Of a stretch of DNA of 64,000 nt, positions 50,579-62,895 are shown in pieces. Position numbers and translations under genes: made by a program. Positions within the stretch are counted from its first letter, which is position 1, and each line of letters starts with the position of its first letter. The DNA is from Balanoglossus misakiensis (lineage: Eukaryota > Animalia > Hemichordata), in contig CM082576.2 in assembly GCA_040954595.2 (NCBI GenBank), positions 14,821,129 through 14,885,128 of the forward strand, in the 5' to 3' direction. Below the pieces are notes generated by a model, which did not search any database, had not been told where the DNA came from, and saw only the letters and a list, made by a program, of their open reading frames with translations.

Positions 50579-51398
50579 ATGAACATGAAATAAGAGAATA
50601 AACCAAAGAAACTATGCAATATCTCAACATTTAACGGCTTAAAATAATATCTTTCATTTTGATGTAGGATATCATAAAAAAGAACACACACGCCATTTCA
50701 TTGGATATGTTCATTACCCACGGATAACTGCAAATACTCGCACGCCATAGACAAAATGGCTGCAGGATCAGACTCACAGATTTGCCATTGGTACATAGCA
50801 CCTGGGGCGTGATCATGAGGCAAAACCGAAATCCTTCTAATGTTTTGATATTAATTATTGCTCATTGTTTAACCATGCAAGGTATATGATGACAAAAGTC
50901 ATATTACCAAATGTGACGTACACGAACTCAATCACTCAGTCACAGTTCATTTAATTCATGCTTTGTGCAGTTTTATTTTCATAAGAGGTTAAACTTGTTA
51001 GCAGTTTCACAATAACATTATCCAGAGTAGGCACTAAGAATACACATGAAGTAAATGATTGCCGCATAAATTTATTGAATTATTCTGAAGTTGCATCAGA
51101 AAATTGGAACAATTTACAACATAACTTAATTTGGTGGGCAATTTCTAATGTGGGTAACATGTAATCGACCAGTATTCATATATCAGGAAAAACAAACACG
51201 TCAAGAAACTGCACTCACATTTCGATCACACTCGGGACATGAGTAGTGAGTATGTTGGCAGAAGGTGGGGGTGTCAGTAATATCCAACATATCTTACATT
51301 TACCAATACATTGAGATAAGCTATTTTTTGGACTCCAAATTGCCAGCATCATATTCTGGTCAACTGTAAACCATACATGTATGCAACCTTTTTTTTAA

Positions 51399-51462
<64 letters not shown>

Positions 51463-51482
51463 GATGATGATGATGATGATGA
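51399..51482. repeat. (GAT)n microsatellite
   Basis: Read directly, one interruption near 51462. Confidence 0.97.
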
Positions 51483-53391
51483 CGACATATGGGTTTTTGA
51501 AAAATTTGGTGTAAAATGGGATATGCAAAATTCATCCATTCAAGGTCTACAATGGCATCACTTTTAATGTTTCTAATGTTTCAACACATTTAGTTTCCCC
51601 TTATAATCGTCAGTTTTTTCCTCAAGATGAACCTGAATTTCTGAGAAAACCCAGCCTACCAGGCTACGTAAGTAAGGCCACAGGTCGGACATAAATGTCC
51701 CATAATGCATCTTGCATCTGGTCTAAAATGACATATGTTTGTTGGGTGAAAATAGTCTAAAATTGGGCGTTAGATTTTTACCCATACAATATCATATAGC
51801 AGGTACCCGCTACCCATCCCACCCTTGGGAGTTCATATCGTATCAAATAATATGAGCTCAGTAAATGTTAAGTAAACTTAAGGTGAAGGTGGAATATTTA
51901 ATAACAGAACTTACTGTTTTGAAAACAAATGCAATTGCTAGGACAAACACAAATATAAGGAACGAACAACTGTGCACTGTATCATGTCATGGCATGGCTG
52001 CGGCCCAGGTCACTTCTACATTTATTCTTGAAGCACATGTACATTCACATCAATGTGTAGAAGGAGCAAAATTTCTGACAGAAAACCCATTGTATATTTA
52101 ACCCCAGATGGAATGATGTGAGATGACAGAATGGGCACAGCAGATTCTCAACACATCTGCAAATTGCCAAAGCAGTAAGAGAGAAACTGCTCTCTCCACC
52201 TATTAATAATAAATAAATCTTTCCCAGGCCGAGTCATTTTCACAGCAGCATCACTAATCCCCGTCATTCATGAGAGAATTCCAGGTAAAAATAGTCCAGC
52301 AATCTCTGAGCTGTAAATGGGAATAAAACATCACACAAACTGTCAAGTATCAGTTTCCCCGTAATTCCCTGCCCTGCGAGGGGGCAACGCAGAGGAAAGG
52401 CCATATGTAATGCATAATTCATGTCATCCATTGCTGTCAAATCCACATTTCTGATGAAACTATCATCATGTTTATCTCACCAGCAGCTGAACTACAAATT
52501 GCTGCACTTTTTGTTTTAGTTCGAGAAAGCTTTCTCAGGAGCTGCAATATTATATGTGTAGTGAAATTTAGGCACATATTAAAATACATGACATCATACC
52601 GGCATGATTGTCGTGCTGGGAATGAATAAGCCCATGTATTACATTATATACACTTCAACTGTGACACATCAAACATTTCAGAAGCTCCAGGAATGTCTGT
52701 CAGATCAGTTGGGTATTTGCAACACATTTCGCTGGGACAAGCAAAACCAAATAAGTCCAAACCATGGGAAAACCTTCTGGTAACATATTAGATACCAGAT
52801 TTGCCTTTCTTCCCATCCTGCCTCCCTCTCTCGCACCCTACCCCTGTTGACAACAAAGTCAGCTATAAATAGCATTTATACTTTGAAAGGTTTTATGCAA
52901 TTTCCTAGAACTTATTTGCATGGGGTTGAGCGAGTCTCCCTTGTATGAAATATTGATGAGCTGCTTCACAATTAGTGACTGCTGTGATGTGAGGTGTTGA
53001 ATAGACAGCTTCATCCACAACGGTTATTTTATTCAGTTGTATTTCTATATTTCATCACTGAACATCGATGGTGACACATTTTAGGTGTGAAAGCTTCAGG
53101 CCTTTTCAACATGTAAAACTGACAGGTACAACCTTCGCTTTCTGGTAGATAAAAATTCAGTACTGTTGTAGCACTGATATTCTTGCTTGCAGTATTGTAC
53201 CCTTTGCACCTTGACCTCCTAGTGACCTTTTATGTCATTTGGAAGTTTTCTGTCCAGCTGGGTTCGAAGGGTTAAGGTCATTTGCATGCAAGATCTCAAC
53301 AAGGTTAGAAAGATAGAGGTCACTGCTGATAATAACAATAATCTTCTATCCACATTCCATGAATAATGTTAGGGTTGGCTACACGTATATA

Positions 53392-53596
53392 CTGTAAAAC
53401 GGGTAATTTTCGCGACAGGAAATTTTCGCGTTATCAAAAGAGGCAACAGTTACGTGAGGATTAATTTTCCTGTTCTCGTATTTCACTGCATCATTATCTC
53501 TACAAAACATTTTTACGCAACTGTTTATTTTCGCGTCTTATTGGCTCTCGTGTATTTCATGAAAATTTATTGCTCGCGAAAATAACCGTTTTACAG
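53392..53596 (-). mobile_element. CTGTAAAA-family MITE, copy D (inverted relative to C)
   Basis: TA|CTGTAAAACGGGTAATTTTCGCG ... CGCGAAAATAACCGTTTTACAG|TA. Confidence 0.85.
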
Positions 53597-54435
53597 TATT
53601 TTGTGGTTCCACCTGGCTGATCACTGCATGCTGTGACGCAATGCTGTTGTTCTCCGTTCTCTCCACCCAGAAGGAAATAACAACAAGCGTCTGTGATTTA
53701 TCCAAGGAGACTCAACATCAGTTAAAACAACACGCCCGTACACAAAGACTAGACCCCTCAGGTGTCTGCTGTCAATTGTTACGGGGCTCATGAAGTCAAC
53801 AGGTCTCGCTGAAGCATGCACAGTGTTGAGGCTGGGCACTCTAAAAGCATAAAACAACAATGTCTCCCTTTTTGACCTATTGTGGGTGTTACATCTGCCT
53901 GGCTGGTGATTCAGAGCCTCCTGTTTGTTGTTTTTTCACAAGTCTTGCACTAGACGAAGAAGGTGATATTTGAAAGTTTAAGAGTAGACGAGGCTAATTA
54001 GTGACAATGTTGGAAGAAGCCACTTATGTTAAAAGACTGGAACAGGCTCTTGGTTTATACTGCACGGACCTTAACAGTCAATTTGCAATGGGTGGTTACA
54101 ATTTATGTATTAAAGGCCAATACCACAGGGTCAAAGGTCATTACCCAACATCATCCGAACTTTTAACTTCACTTATGGTTTAAAAAATCTTCTCTGGGAC
54201 CACTTGCCATACTGCACTGAAATTTAATTTAGGGGGTATGCAGTGATAGTCTAGGCAATCTTTTTTTTTCAAATTATGAAAATATTAGGAAAAGTTCACA
54301 AAAAGTAGGCAATTCTAGATTATTCATTTCGAAGCTAAGTACTCAGTATTAACTTTTTGTCTACACTACCGGTCAGGGTGACTGTAGTGTACAGTAATCT
54401 GAATGTTGATATAACAAATAAAATCATTATTATAT

Positions 54436-54745
54436 TATACCAGTATATTGATGGTGTAAATCACGCAATTTGATTGGTCGAGACACGACACGTGACCGTG
54501 ATATATTAGCCATATACCACAGTCATATATCATAGTCAAAGAAAATGCCTTTTTAAAATGTTTTATGCAAAGTTTCAATATACTGGCATAATATAATAGC
54601 AATAAAACACCCCCAGCCATGGTATACCACTCGATTTTGACCAGTTCAACTCCATATACGCACTCGCTATCGCTCGTGCGTATATGTCGTGAACTGGTCA
54701 AAATCTCGTGGTATACCATGGCTGGGGGCGTTTTATTGCTTAAAT
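54436..54745. mobile_element. Crypton-like non-autonomous element with two tandem inverted repeats
   Basis: IR1 TATACCAGTATATTGA (54436-54451) / TCAATATACTGGCATA (54575-54590) enclosing TGATTGG and GCCATATACCAC. IR2 is a hairpin with about 70-bp arms at 54598-54740 ending TTATTGCTTAA. Family assignment is from recalled consensus features. Confidence 0.6.
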
Positions 54746-54837
54746 ATTGCACAATTGCTCTCTCCACATACTACAGATGACAGCATGAAATGCCACTGTT
54801 ATAAAATCCATCATATACATTCTACACTTCAGAGATG

Positions 54838-54992
54838 GGCTGTCCTTGCCACATTGCAGGGTTTATACAATGACAGACTTGTTTAAGTGCAGGGTTACAA
54901 TCTTTAGAGATGCAATATCCTTGTCACAGTGCAGGGTTGCATATGACAGATTGTAGAGGAACGTTGTCCTTGTCAAAGTGTAGGGTTGCACT
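54838..54992. repeat. Degenerate minisatellite, about 30-50 bp unit
   Basis: Four recurrences of TG(C/T)AGGGTT, three preceded by TCCTTG(C/T)CA. Confidence 0.55.
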
Positions 54993-57308
54993 TGAGTCTA
55001 TAATGCTACTCTGTAAAGGTCCTTACCCACTGACACTGGGTAGAACAGCAGCTGGATTGTACTATAAAGGAAACTGTAGATTTCAGGGGAACAGTTAATT
55101 TCTCTCTCTTTATGAGAGTTATTCTGTGTTTCAAGTCACTGGGTAACTTTTGTCAGACTATTTTAATGCTGGTTATTGCGCTATACTCTCAACCAATTAT
55201 ACTCTTAAAGGGTGACAACCGTCTTCTGCGCATGTGCCAAACCAGAGACTCTGTTGCAAAAAATTACATACATGTACAGTCAAATGCCAGAAGGCAGTGT
55301 GCTGTTCTAACAACAGACAAGATGGCGGTGACCATAGTCTGTTGTTTTGTTGTACAGAATAAATATACTGAAAATAGTGTCAAAAATTACAGCTGATGTC
55401 CTTCCGTTGCTGCAGATGATGGACGCACACATGGACAGAGCCCAATTCATAAGTCCCCCTTGGATTTAGTCCCCCGGAACAGGGTTTACGGCAAATAGCA
55501 TCCAATTTCTATACACGTTTGGTAGTAAAGTATACATGTATAAGTCGAGGAAGTTGGGGAAGATTTACAAACACTAAAATATCAATGTGCTGCCTGTAAC
55601 GGTGAACGTCTGTTGTGTGTGACAAAAAATTGAAGTTGAAAACAAAAAATTCACATTCTTGCTCTGATTTTCCTCGCATACTACACAAATGTCTTCTCTA
55701 ATCTGTAAACGTTAATCATTCAACATGCCGACTGTGTATACAATAACAGACATGGAGCGATCAGTATCATTTCTTGTCAATAATACATGATTAGGTATTA
55801 AACAGCATTCTCGACATACACAGCTACCTAGCAATACCCACCTACAGCCTAATAAATAATTCAACATTGTTTTTACAGACAGACTATGGATGACACTTAT
55901 CTGTCGTATCTGTCTACATCTAATTGGGAAAATTGGTTGACATAGCTTGTATTGAACTTGCGTTAGTTAAACACCTGTCGGTGATGGTTTATTTTTAAAG
56001 ATCTTGAATACCAAAGAATACATCATGTAGATTTTCAAGGACTGACACAAACAAGAAACATTTCTATTCGGGATGCCCATAGCACACAAAAAGCAGGATC
56101 CAGCAACGCTATGCAACTTCGTAACTAAGATCTTATCCTATTGTAAAGTCGTGTTTACAGATGTCATAAACTGTGAATTGTATTATTTGGGTATGGTTAT
56201 TTGTGCCCACTGAAATTATGGAGAGCTTGAATCACTTGTGTAGAAGTTTTAACACAAAGCCCATAAAGATTATGTGTGCCATAAACACAACATGATGGAA
56301 GGTACATGTAAATTCTCTGATTACTTTAAAGGTTGCTGGGATCATTCTGATATTCTGCACAATCTAGAGTTTAAATGCAGATTTGCCAAGAGCTCATTCA
56401 CACAAAAGCTGGACCCCATTTGCAATTCAAGTAAATATCAAATGATTACGAGTCTCTGACAGTAATTACATATATACAGTGTACAAGTATAAGAGTGAAA
56501 ATCAGATTATTTCGATCAGAAAATATTCCTTCTGTTTTCAATTTCATTTTAATTTTGGAGGGTCAGCATAAACGACTTTGTACAAAAGTCAAGTTGATAA
56601 GTTCATTGTTAACTTTTAACACAAAAATGTTGATAATGTATTATACATGTAGTAGGTGGCTAATCCTTTCAGAATCTATCAACAGATAACCAAATCAATC
56701 GGTTTTAACCCTTGATACAACATTTCAGGCAAAGACCTTTCTCATATTCAAATACCAATATAATTTTTTCATAAAATATTAATATGGGTGATGACACTGC
56801 GTAAAGTAAACAGAACTGATATAATACTTTGTTATTGGTTTTCGCTGATACAGTTATATGCACAATGTATGTACCTGGTACATGCATGTCCAAGAACTGA
56901 TCACATCAGCAAATATGGAGGCGGTAAAAACTGTAGATGTTTGTATATGTACATGACCTCAGGTCAATAAAAGCAGCTGGTGGCCTGCCCTGGCTGGAGT
57001 GGCTGGATAGATCTGGAAGTTACATGGGGCGACTGACCTGAGATGCACAGCCTATGGAGCAAGTGACTTGTATCAAAAGAAATGAAGTATGGAGGAAACA
57101 CAAGGAATGCAGCAGACAGTTGACATACAAGGCAAACATCATGATCATCCCATCTGGGCCACTGATGGGATAATTTGAGGACAATATTTCAAAGAGTATA
57201 TCATATGTCAATTCAACAGATTACAGATTTTTTTGGCAAAAAAAATCTCCAGGAATCAACACTTTAAATTAGTGAAGTCCAGGAGAGGAAATGTTTACAA
57301 GTGTGTTC

Positions 57309-58800
57309 ATTACGGGCCCAAGCCAAGCCAGGCTTGGGCCCGTATTGGTTTCGTTGGGGTTTTTCTTTCTTTCTTTCTTTCTTTCTTTATTCTTGGTTCA
57401 CTTCTTTCGCGCTCTAGATCTCAGACACCGCTGCAGGTACAGTTCTCAAACTTGCTACAGTGGTCAAGGTTAATGAGTAGATGTGCAGTGACTTGTGAAT
57501 ACTTAATTAGTCACGTGACATGGCGGCCATATTGGATTTTCTGAAAAAATGCAAATCTCAGATCTCAGAAACTACAAGTCAGATCGAGTTCAGATTTGGC
57601 GTGCTGGTAGTATACCCTCTGCCCATCATTTTTGTAATTGGATATTTTGCTGTCAATGTTGCAGTTTTTTTGCTACAGTTGTTTTTCTGAAATCTGGTCA
57701 AAATTTCAAAAATCTTCTTCTCCAGAACCGGCGATAACCGAGTCACGCCGTTTGGGGTATGTGGTCACCTAACTGATGTTTATCAAGTTTGCGAAGATCA
57801 TTGTGATTGGTCGAAGATTATGGCGGCCATATTGGATTTTGGAAAAACCATAGTAAAACTTCAAAAATCTTCTTCTCCAGAACGGGCGATAACCGAGTCA
57901 CAAGATTTGGTGTGTGTGGTCATTAAACAGATGTCTATCAAGTTTGCGAAGGGGAATGTGATTGGTCGAAGATTATGGCGGCCATATTGGATTTTGTGAA
58001 AAACGATTAAAAAGTAAAAATTCCTTTTCTAGCCTAAAAATTGATAGCACAGAAATTCTTTTTATGGATATGGATCATCATATGACAAGAATAAGCTATA
58101 AATATTTTGGTAATTTTGGCAATGACCTTTGACCTACTTTTGACGCATCAATTTTCTGCATATCTAATTCCAGGCTAACCAGTAGGGCTATAAGTTTGGT
58201 TTTTGATGTATGTGGATTTGTATGTGATCAAAAAATGTTGCTACTTTTCATGACCCCTTTGACCTCTGCTGACCTCATTAAATATGCACATACCTAATTA
58301 CAGATGAACCAATAGACCTAGAGATTTTGTTTTGGTTATACATGGACCAGTATGGGGTCAAAATATTTTGCCCAAATGTTGGGTGACCTCGGGTGACCTT
58401 TGACCTACTTTGGCATATCTTGACATCCTCAGCAGATACAGCCTTGGCGTTTGGAGGTATGGGGCCATAATGAAAAGCCAAAGTTTTGGGTCACCTGTGA
58501 CACCTGCTTAACTCATTATTTATGTGCATACCTAATTCCGGGCTAACCAAAAGGGCTAGAGATCTGGTTTTTGTTGGACATGGACCACTATGGGTCAAAA
58601 TATACTGCCCAAATAATTGGTGACCTCTGGGTGACCTTTGACCTACTTAACACTATGTCAACACCAAACCTAGATATAACCTTGATATTTCATGGGATAA
58701 AACACAGCATTATGTTTCTACTCATTAATTATGTGCATATCTAATAATCAAATCAGATAATAGAGCTTGGGCCCGGACAATGCTGCTTGCAGCTTTAATT
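57309..58800 (+). mobile_element. Helentron-associated non-autonomous element (HINE/DINE-1-like), apparently complete
   Basis: 5' subTIR CGGGCCCAAGC (57313-57323), inverted copy (57332-57342), (TTTC)n microsatellite, internal tandem units (ATGGCGGCCATATTGGATTTT at 57520, 57820, 57975), 3' subTIR GCTTGGGCCCG (58765-58775), stem-loop GCTGC-TT-GCAGC (58782-58793), T-rich end. Confidence 0.82.
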
Positions 58801-59021
58801 ATTTCATTGGTATCGGCAAAAGCCATCTGCTAAGCCTGCATTCAACTTAGGGACTTTAAAACCTGGCTTCTATCAAAAGCCATATCTCAATTCTTCAGCT
58901 ACAATCACTCCTGATTAACAGGAAAAAAAAAATAGCGTCAAGGACACTGAGATTCCATTTGATCAGCAATGTTACATTCAAGTGTGTATATCAGATGTAT
59001 ATGGGGAATCAATTTCCAAAA

Positions 59022-59393
59022 TACAAACCTACAAGGACACCTTTAGGATTAGATATGCAAATACTTAATGAGATAATAGATGAATAAATCTGATGGAGCA
59101 TATTCCTAGGACTATCAAAACCAAAGTTCAAGGTCATTGGATGAGCGGTTTCGGGTAAATATATTTTTTAATTAAAAATTACAAATCTTGCCAAAATGAT
59201 GCGGACAAATACCCTCACACCATGGATGTACATCATCATGTACCATGTACATCCATGCTCACACCAACCTACATACATAAATACATACACACATATACAC
59301 ATACACATACACACATATCCATCATGTATTTCACTTGAATACATTACAAGCTGGCTGGGACTGGCTTTGTTCACCTATGTCAGTTAACTTAAA
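59022..59393 (-). mobile_element. Probable HINE-type fragment, opposite orientation
   Basis: AAAGTT-CAAGGTCATTGGATGAGCGGTTTC core followed by a (TACA)/(CATACA) microsatellite and a short terminal region. Similar fragments near 8930-9030, 55410-55480 and 62160-62350. Confidence 0.4.
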
Positions 59394-62300
59394 ATTATAG
59401 CATACTGGTAATACATATTAATGTATTTAACATGGTTACATCATGTTGATGGATTGTTTTTAATTGAATTTTAAAATGAGTTTAATAATCATAAATGAAT
59501 ACATTTGAATACTGTGCAAGTTATTAATCTGTATACAAATCTGTTTGAACAATCCAAAACTGTGGGCACAACGAAAGGATGATTGTATAATCAAAACACT
59601 TGGCATGCACTGGGTACAGTGTTCAGTCTCATTTATTTGCATTATTTATCTGTGTAAAGACTGATGTACACAAGTGACTTAGTCTAAATTACAAAATTAA
59701 TCCAGAATTTTCCGTTGGGACTATATTTGCCAATAACAAGCTAAATTTGTGTCACGTTAAGTGCATACTTCATGATAAATACCATCTAGTGGTTTAGGAA
59801 ACACAGTTATCAGAGAACAAACACATATTTGTCCAGCTCCTTGAAATGCATTCAACGTGCCCTCTTTCAAAGACTAGAGATTTTGCAATACAAATACCAC
59901 ACACAGATACTGGCTATCACGCAACGTGACTTGATTTTAATAAAGTTCTGAGAAAGCTGTATATTTTCCAACCTGATATACTGCATATATAATGAGTTGT
60001 ACCTTGCTGTTTGTCGTTAAATATATCCACAAAGTCAGACTGACCTTCTGCAGGTCATCCTTGGCAATCCCGATATCATGATTGATCTAAATCCTAGTTC
60101 GCCCCCATATATGTACACACACACACGCTCAAACAACTACATTGTACCTTCACATATCAAATATTTCAAATTACAGCAAAACCAGTACATGTACATGTAC
60201 CTTTTTGAAAATGGGCCAATTCTGTTTATATACATGTCAAAAATAAAACAGCATAATGATATGGCCAGACTAGAAGATAATAAATATTGTGGCTTGAAAA
60301 ATGTCATCCAAAGAACAACAACACTGTTATACCAAACATGTTCTTTACTACTACTAGAATTTATTTCAATACCATTCATATCCTGGCTAAATGTATTTTT
60401 TCGTGATATTATTATTAAAATTAATTAACAATTCTGAACAATTATTCTGAAATGATGTGTTATAAACACGCAGCCATAATCTACTTTCAAAAGACAATAT
60501 GTTGTCTTTGTTCTTGTTTCCCCCCCGGTGACCTGATAGGTCCCTGGGAACAAATGATCTCATCCATCAACAGATGCAAGGTGCTCATCTGTGATAATAC
60601 TGCGGTGACCTTTGACCCACTTGTAAATACACGTACATGTACATCATCAGGGCCTGTCATAAAACTACCGCTTAATCAGCTGATCAGTTGACACATGCAT
60701 GAATTTATATTTCTAGCTGAAAATGGGGCCACATGCAGTGTCTCGTGCTTTTTAATAACAAGTTTTATATTTTCAACTTCATTATGCAGACATGTATGTT
60801 GTCAACCTAATTTTAGACACACTGAAGTATTAAATTATCAATCACTTTTTGTCGGCTGATAAAGGGTTTTGGAATTGTCCGTATATTAAACGTATTGACC
60901 TGTTTCTGCACATATTAAAAACCACAGAGTCCTAGCTGTTCAAACATTCAGATCACCTTCCCTTCCCTTTCAGTGTCCTTGAACCGTTATTAAAGTGACC
61001 TGTATTGCATTCTGCCATTATTGTATATTCACTGCCATTAGTACAGCTGATTTGTAACCCTACTAGCGCATTCTTCACGAAATCTGACCGGTTGACAATG
61101 ACCTATCTCTTCTCTGGTAGTGACTCTCTTGAATGCATTATGGTAGCAGACCCAGGGGAAATACGCCTTTCAGCAATTTTGGGAAAAATGGACCAAAAAT
61201 ATGATAAATGGAAAAAGCGGACAAACAGATTTTGTTAAAAACCCACAATTTTTTTATAGCAATCATATTGATGTATTCAGGTGGTGTAGTTGTATAAAAC
61301 AATACGTCAGGGCTACAATTGTTTTATCATGGGGCTTTAACAGAATTCAAATAATACTGTTAAAATTTCAGAACATAAGCGCCAAATTAAAAACCCATTG
61401 TTGCTTACTAGGATTTAGTTTCATGGTTTTTGATCTGGGAGCACCTTTACTAGGTTTTAAATTCATGAGTTGGCTATCAAACAATGAGTTCTATTGTAGT
61501 TTTACATTTACAATTACACTGGAATTTAATTTGGCAGATTTTACCAATCAGCCAAAAATAGCAATATTAAACCCCAATAAAAATAAACGTTAATGATTCT
61601 ATAGTTTTTAGCAAACATAAGAGCTGGATCGAATCATGAATTGATATCCACAATGACGTTCGTTGTTTACCTGTAGGAACCTATCTGACTGAAGTGTCAA
61701 CATGGACGCTGAATGGACTTGCGTTCTGTCAAGGTTGAAATTTCACTCTCTCAACAATAAAGGAACCTTTTGTAACCTGTGGTGTTAGTTTAAACCGGTT
61801 TTGAAAATTCAACTTTTTGCAAAAGGGCACGCACGGCAACAACAAACAAAAATAATTCAGAAATGCATAAAGATTATCTTGTTCACACAAATTGGAAAAT
61901 ATAAATGCAAGGACGAGAGGCCCTTTCCCATTCGACATCACGATTAATTGGCTGACAAGTTCAATCTTCGCCAGCCAATTACACCCAAAAAGCTTCAATT
62001 ACTCAGGGAGGTTTATACCTTCATTTGATTATTTCAACCGAACAGGTCATTGTCAATAACATACTTCCCGCTGGATTAATATGATAAGAAAACATCGGAG
62101 GAAATTGTGTTGGAATAAAATTGGTCAGGCATGGCTGTGAAATGGTTCTGGACATGAAAAATGTAACAAAATTGCCACATGGAGACTATTCGGATTGTAT
62201 CATGAAATAAATTAAGGTGCATGTGTATATCACTTGGGCAAGTCTGACTAATGGTTCTGGATGGATGGATGGAGTGATCTGTCTGATGGATAGAAACACA

Positions 62301-62498
62301 GACCAAGCCATTAGCCCCCCAAAAGGCACTGTCTGTGGGGACTACATTAATCTATGCCCATTGGAAAACTGACAACTTTACCATTTTGTATTTCTCTCAC
62401 AATTGCCTATAAACCCCTTATAAATGGAAATTTGATCAAGTTCTGTTGCCATCATGAAATGGTCACTACCGGTTTTAATCACACTTCATATTTCACTG

Positions 62499-62895
62499 TA
62501 GTCTAGAATCTATCCGTTCGTAGTCGCATTCACCCTACTACCGTCTAGGACCGCAGAACCAAAATCTAGCAAGGCCATAAAAATGGTAATTTGAATGTGA
62601 ATAGTCTCCAACTGAGCAATCTGACGTCAAGCGTCACCACGTGATCATGATTATGTATCATTCGGGGCGGAGCTACATTGTAAACATAATTAACATTCAA
62701 CGTCATCACCTCATTAACATTGATAGCCAATCAGTAGTCGGTCAACGTAAGTGATTGACTTCTCTGACGTCAGACTGCTCAGTTGGAGACTATTCACATT
62801 CAAATTACCATTTTTATGGCCTTGCTAGATTTTGGTTCTGCGGTCCTAGACGGTAGTAGGGTGAATGCGACTACGAACGGATAGATTCTAGACTA
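62499..62895. mobile_element. Foldback non-autonomous DNA transposon, AcademH-like, 397 bp
   Basis: 131-bp arms (62499-62629, 62765-62895) with one mismatch seen, TAG...CTA termini, and exact 9-bp TSD ATTTCACTG at 62490-62498 and 62896-62904. Confidence 0.88.

Noticed and set aside
55027-55061. 35-nt segment with good splice sites (tttcctttatag ... G|gtaagg)
   Set aside because: Not a multiple of three and no homology. It could be a poison or UTR exon but is unsupported.
57520-58000. Repeated ATGGCGGCCATATTGGATTTT with intervening sequence, superficially CRISPR-like
   Set aside because: The intervening sequences are homologous to each other, the context is a eukaryotic intron, and there are no cas genes. 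It is the tandem core of a HINE.
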